The position numbers and the translations under genes are program-made. A stretch of 64,000 nt of DNA from contig CP179887.1 in assembly GCA_047456295.1 (NCBI GenBank), positions 239,159 through 303,158 on the forward strand, read 5' to 3'. Within the stretch, counting starts at the first letter, position 1, and every line of letters begins with the position of its first letter. Source of the DNA: Candidatus Nealsonbacteria bacterium. Lineage in GTDB: Bacteria > Patescibacteriota > Minisyncoccia > Minisyncoccales > JANBVM01. Below are positions 61,082 through 64,000 of this stretch, piece by piece. The notes beneath the pieces were generated by a model, which was not told the DNA's origin, ran no database searches, and worked only from the letters and a program-made list of their open reading frames with translations.

Positions 61082-61456
61082 ATGAATAAAAAAATAAAAA
61101 AACTTAGATTATATGGAGAAAAAGATGGTCTCAAGGGTTTTATTGCTGATATTTATGTAAAAAATAATAAATTAATCGTAGAAAGTGAAAATAAAAAGGT
61201 GAAAAAAGAGCTTTTTGAGGAAATAAACAAAGAAATTCAGAAAGGAGAAGCTTTCCGTATTCCTTATACAGAACACACTGGTAGAACTATTGAAGAAGGT
61301 GTTTTACTTCAGAAAATAGGAGATTCAAAATTCCTTGAAGCTCTTGAGGCTGAATTTTGGAAAGTTATTGGTTTAGGAGATATGGGTAAATTTGGAAATA
61401 AGAAATTTGGCGGATATGAAATTAAAGCCTACAAATCAAAAATTATTGAGAAATAA
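61082..61456 (+). CDS. 125-aa protein, stand-alone paralogue of the C-terminal domain of the sigma-like protein
   Basis: LRLYGEKDGLKGFIADIY...FRIPYTEH...LLQKIGDSKFLEALEAEF...GNKKFGGYEIKAYKSKII aligns with LLLYGEKDGKVDLIAKIY...FSIPWHEE...LLKKLGDQGFLEVLRAEF...ANKKFNRYKIKPNLSRII in the 284-aa protein. Confidence 0.7.
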   Translation: MNKKIKKLRLYGEKDGLKGFIADIYVKNNKLIVESENKKVKKELFEEINKEIQKGEAFRIPYTEHTGRTIEEGVLLQKIGDSKFLEALEAEFWKVIGLGDMGKFGNKKFGGYEIKAYKSKIIEK

Positions 61457-61492
61457 TTGTTGATTTGAAATTTAACATTCAAAGAATTTTAT

Positions 61493-61520
61493 ATAAAAAA
61501 ATACCACTTAATAGAAGTGG
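61493..61520. terminator. bidirectional hairpin terminator between convergent genes
   Basis: CCACTT-aatag-AAGTGG is flanked by an A-run on the left of the plus strand, which becomes a T-run for the minus-strand gene. Confidence 0.55.
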
Positions 61521-61525
61521 CGTTG

Positions 61526-62464
61526 TTATTGTTCAGAAATATATTTATTCAGAAAGTCTTCCATTTCCGGGCAAACTTTTACCAAACCCGTATCCCAAGC
61601 AGCAATATTCTCAGCAATGAATTCTGGATCCGAAAAAGCTGATTCTTTTGGAATATCTCCAGAAAGACATTCTCTTGCGACTTGACTGACGGGGCCAGGG
61701 CCGTCTAATTGTTTTTCACAAACTTTTTCCCATTCAGTTAAATGGTCATCAAAAAAGATTTTTGCAAACTCGCTTGGTTTACTTAAAGATTTACTTTTAA
61801 AAATATTAAGATGACACAATTCATGTGTTATTCTCCATTGAGTCTGTTTCCCCCGTGGAAGTTTTCCTTTTTCGTTTTGATAAACATGAATAGTTCTAGA
61901 AAGCTCTGGTTTTTCTTTAAGTGTTTCTTTATTTAAGACATCTGCTTTTGTTATAGTTCCTTTTTTCGTACCAGGTTTTTGATTACTAATAAATATTATC
62001 TTATCTACCACTTCTATATCTCTAAATCTAATTGAAAGTTTACTGTTATATAGCGCAGTCATCGCATCCTTGATTTTTTCCTCTATATTATCTATTCTTT
62101 CTAAGGTAATTATGTCTTTAATTCCTGTTACTGCTGGCGTATTAAAAATCTCAAATTCTTTCATACCTAATCCTGTTCCTATTTTATACATTTCTTGATA
62201 TTCTGCTTCAGTTGGCTTAACTTCCAAATCGAGTTTTTCGATATCTGTTGGTTCACGACCTTCTTGTTCTATTCTCTGAATTAATTCTCCTCTGGCTTTT
62301 TCTACTCCTTCTTCTTTAAGTTCAATTACTCTTTGTTTTATCGTTTCTCTTACTTTCGGCATCACTTCCTTCAGCATCTCAGGATCTGGCTGAGAGAATT
62401 TTCCTTCTCTTGCTTGTTTTAATAACTCATCGTCTCTATCATTGGGAACATTTGTACATCCCAT
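61526..62464 (-). CDS. HExxH-motif protein, putative zinc metallopeptidase (family unassigned)
   Basis: 312-aa ORF with WRITHELCHLNIF at aa ~221-233. No signal peptide or TM segment. An SD-like AAGGAG lies 11 nt upstream of the ATG. Confidence 0.55.
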   Translation of the reverse strand: MGCTNVPNDRDDELLKQAREGKFSQPDPEMLKEVMPKVRETIKQRVIELKEEGVEKARGELIQRIEQEGREPTDIEKLDLEVKPTEAEYQEMYKIGTGLGMKEFEIFNTPAVTGIKDIITLERIDNIEEKIKDAMTALYNSKLSIRFRDIEVVDKIIFISNQKPGTKKGTITKADVLNKETLKEKPELSRTIHVYQNEKGKLPRGKQTQWRITHELCHLNIFKSKSLSKPSEFAKIFFDDHLTEWEKVCEKQLDGPGPVSQVARECLSGDIPKESAFSDPEFIAENIAAWDTGLVKVCPEMEDFLNKYISEQ

Positions 62465-62526
62465 TTTTTATCACTCTCCTTTTATGGTGTATGTAGTATA
62501 TATTTTATTTTTAATTTTCTGTATTC

Positions 62527-62555
62527 AATTTAAGATAGTAATTTTACTTTGTCAA
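62527..62555 (-). promoter_or_regulatory. candidate promoter of the HExxH gene (TTGACA-N17-TAAATT)
   Basis: The minus strand reads TTGACAaagtaaaattactatctTAAATT. Confidence 0.5.
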
Positions 62556-62567
62556 CAAACTACAAAA

Positions 62568-62622
62568 CCCGGGCCTGTGGCTCGGGCTTCAAAAACTCCG
62601 GCGGTAGGATTCGAACCCCAGG
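62568..62622 (-). pseudogene. tRNA 3'-half-like remnant (Gln-like) with its downstream terminator hairpin
   Basis: ggctcgggcttcaaaaactccggcgg (62579-62604) differs at 3 of 26 positions from the hairpin and tRNA 3' end at tRNA-Gln (48972-48997). The T-arm-like GGTAGGATTCGAACCCC cannot form a proper T stem, and no 5' half is present. Confidence 0.5.
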
Positions 62623-62683
62623 CAAAACAGACTATCTTATTTAGTATATACGCCCGAATAACAAGCTAAACTCTTTTTATCTA

Positions 62684-62755
<72 letters not shown>

Positions 62756-62765
62756 AAAAAGGTTA

Positions 62766-62837
62766 AGCGGCAGATGGGATTTGAACCCACGGCCTTCTCC
62801 TTGGGAAGGAGACATTCTACCACTGAACTACTGCCGC
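62766..62837 (-). tRNA. tRNA-Gly (anticodon CCC)
   Basis: The reverse complement is GCGGCAGTAGTTCAGTGGTAGAATGTCTCCTTCCCAAGGAGAAGGCCGTGGGTTCAAATCCCATCTGCCGCT. Confidence 0.9.
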
Positions 62838-62857
62838 ATGTTCGTTATAAGATATCT

Positions 62858-63268
62858 CTACCACTGGATTACCCTCGCTAATAAATCTTTGATTTTTTCC
62901 AACAACATTTCTGAAAAACCCTGACCTGACACTAATCCTTCTTTTTGAACTTCAGCAGGAGGTATAACCACAACAGGATTCTCTCCTTCTTTTACATATC
63001 CTTGTTCTCTGGCTTTTTCCTCCCAATAACTTTCTTTTTCTGTTTGAGAGATTCCGGCTTCTAATCTCTGTTTTTCATCCTCTAAAATCTGAATTTCTTT
63101 TTCAAAAGACTCAATTTTTTCAGCCAACTCTGTTCTCTTTTCACTTATCTTAAAAAGAGAAATCCCTAAAAAGCCAATTAAAAATAAAATCAGAAGGTAA
63201 AATATAACCTGAAAAATAAATCCTTCTTTATATCGCTTCTTTTTTTGTCTTTTAGATTTTGTTATCAT
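62858..63268 (-). CDS. ftsB: septum formation initiator (FtsB/DivIC-like)
   Basis: A basic N-terminus, a single TM helix, then a coiled coil (EKIESFEKEIQILEDEKQRLEAGI). The start is trimmed to Met17. Confidence 0.65.
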   Translation of the reverse strand: MITKSKRQKKKRYKEGFIFQVIFYLLILFLIGFLGISLFKISEKRTELAEKIESFEKEIQILEDEKQRLEAGISQTEKESYWEEKAREQGYVKEGENPVVVIPPAEVQKEGLVSGQGFSEMLLEKIKDLLARVIQW

Positions 63269-63425
63269 GCAATAGTAGAGAAAAATTTCATTTACATGAA
63301 AAAAATAAAGTCTCAAAAAATATTCAGGTTCATCTGGCTCAGCCTTGTAATCATGGTGGTTTTAAGCATGATTATTCTTTTACTGCTTCCCCTGTTTTAA
63401 ATACTAATAAAGTTTTTAACCCTTT

Positions 63426-64000
63426 TCAACTCCTAAACATCTCTAAAAAAACCTTGGAGGGAATATGAACCACTCCTTTTTCTTTTAATTTCTTTTTCCC
63501 TTTTTTCTGCCTTTCTAACAATTTTCTTTTTCTTGTAACGTCACCTCCATAAAGAGGAGCTGTTACGTCCCGCCTCCTTGCTTTTATTGTTTCCCTGGCA
63601 ATAATCTTGCCTGAAATTGCTGCCTGAATAGGAACGGTGAAAAGCTGAGGTGGCAGGATTTCCTTTAGCTTTGAAACGATTTTCTTTCCTTCTTTGAAAG
63701 CTCCTTCCCTGTCTACAATCTTTGAAAAAACATCTTCTTTTCTGCCTGCAATCAAGATGTCCAGTTTAACCAAATCCCCCACCCTGTATCCTAAAGCCTC
63801 ATAATTCATGGAGGCAAACCCCTGACTGACTCCTTTAAGCTGGTCAAAGAATCCCACAATTATCTTTCTTAAAGCAACCTCATAAATCAAAAGAGATTTT
63901 TCCCTGCTGAAATATTTGGTCTCAACATGTTTTGCTTTCAAATGTTTTAAAATCTCTAACACCCCTCCCAGATAATCAACAGGGGTTATAACCTCTATCC
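63426..64000 (-). CDS. lepA: elongation factor 4 (LepA), C-terminal part (gene runs off the window end)
   Basis: Contains the LepA-specific C-terminal domain: ...SQGFASMNYE..GYR..DLVKLDILI.G..VD.FS.IV.R..A...G....KLKE.IP.Q.F..PIQAAI..KIIARETI.A.RKDV. Confidence 0.85.
   Translation of the reverse strand, partial: IEVITPVDYLGGVLEILKHLKAKHVETKYFSREKSLLIYEVALRKIIVGFFDQLKGVSQGFASMNYEALGYRVGDLVKLDILIAGRKEDVFSKIVDREGAFKEGKKIVSKLKEILPPQLFTVPIQAAISGKIIARETIKARRRDVTAPLYGGDVTRKRKLLERQKKGKKKLKEKGVVHIPSKVFLEMFRS

Noticed and set aside
62596-62680. A functional tRNA (possibly long-arm or intron-containing) at the tRNA-like fragment
   Set aside because: The T stem does not pair (TGGGG vs CCTAC). No complementary 5' acceptor strand (CTCCGGC) lies within 120 nt upstream. 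No anticodon arm could be drawn.

Overview
This is a low-GC, very gene-dense bacterial window. About 95% of the genes are on the minus strand. The streamlined gene content, archaeal-type glycolytic enzymes, unlinked rRNA genes and lack of Shine-Dalgarno sites suggest an uncultivated ultra-small (CPR/Patescibacteria-like) lineage; that placement is inference only.

Contents in coordinate order:
- Cell-wall and shape genes: FemAB fragment, membrane-fused MurF-like ligase, PBP2, MreD, MreC.
- serS and lysS.
- A dispersed rRNA locus on the minus strand: 16S, two CDS, tRNA-Ile, tRNA-Ala, two CDS, 23S, 5S.
- Translation genes: tsf, rpsB, rpmE, an N-terminally short prfA, rplY, and prfB with its +1 frameshift.
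- A gluconeogenesis/glycolysis block: class I FBP aldolase, fbp, ppsA, acs, gap, apgM, eno.
- A redox and Fe-S/tRNA-thiolation block: grx-like, DsbA-like, SDR, thiI, mnmA, iscU, cysteine desulfurase, Rrf2, ferredoxin, trxB.
- Division genes: ftsZ, ftsE, ftsX, ftsB-like.
- obg and a lepA fragment.

Two accessory regions stand out.
1. About 52.7-62.7 kb is a ~10-kb island next to a tRNA cluster, bounded by decayed tRNA 3'-end copies.
   - It encodes a 1,330-aa zinc-ribbon DEAH helicase with a long OB/S1-like and coiled-coil tail, and a 1,007-aa zinc-ribbon + SUKH (SMI1/KNR4)-like giant protein.
   - It also encodes a sigma-70 region-2-only fusion protein, a stand-alone paralogue of that protein's C-terminal domain, and an HExxH protein.
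   - The genes have their own TTGACA promoters and terminators, and three have canonical Shine-Dalgarno sites that the rest of the window lacks.
   - No integrase, transposase, CRISPR array or known defence gene is visible.
2. 44.8-48.4 kb holds six same-orientation copies of an ~84-nt inverted-repeat element (TTCTACC...GTTAGAA). Each sits in a spacer between single small accessory-type genes. The elements resemble attC sites or a combined terminator/promoter module.

Also notable: the 16S 3' tail reads GGAUCACCACAUUUU, with no CCUCC anti-SD core.

All calls are from manual reading of the sequence and the ORF track. No database search was run.
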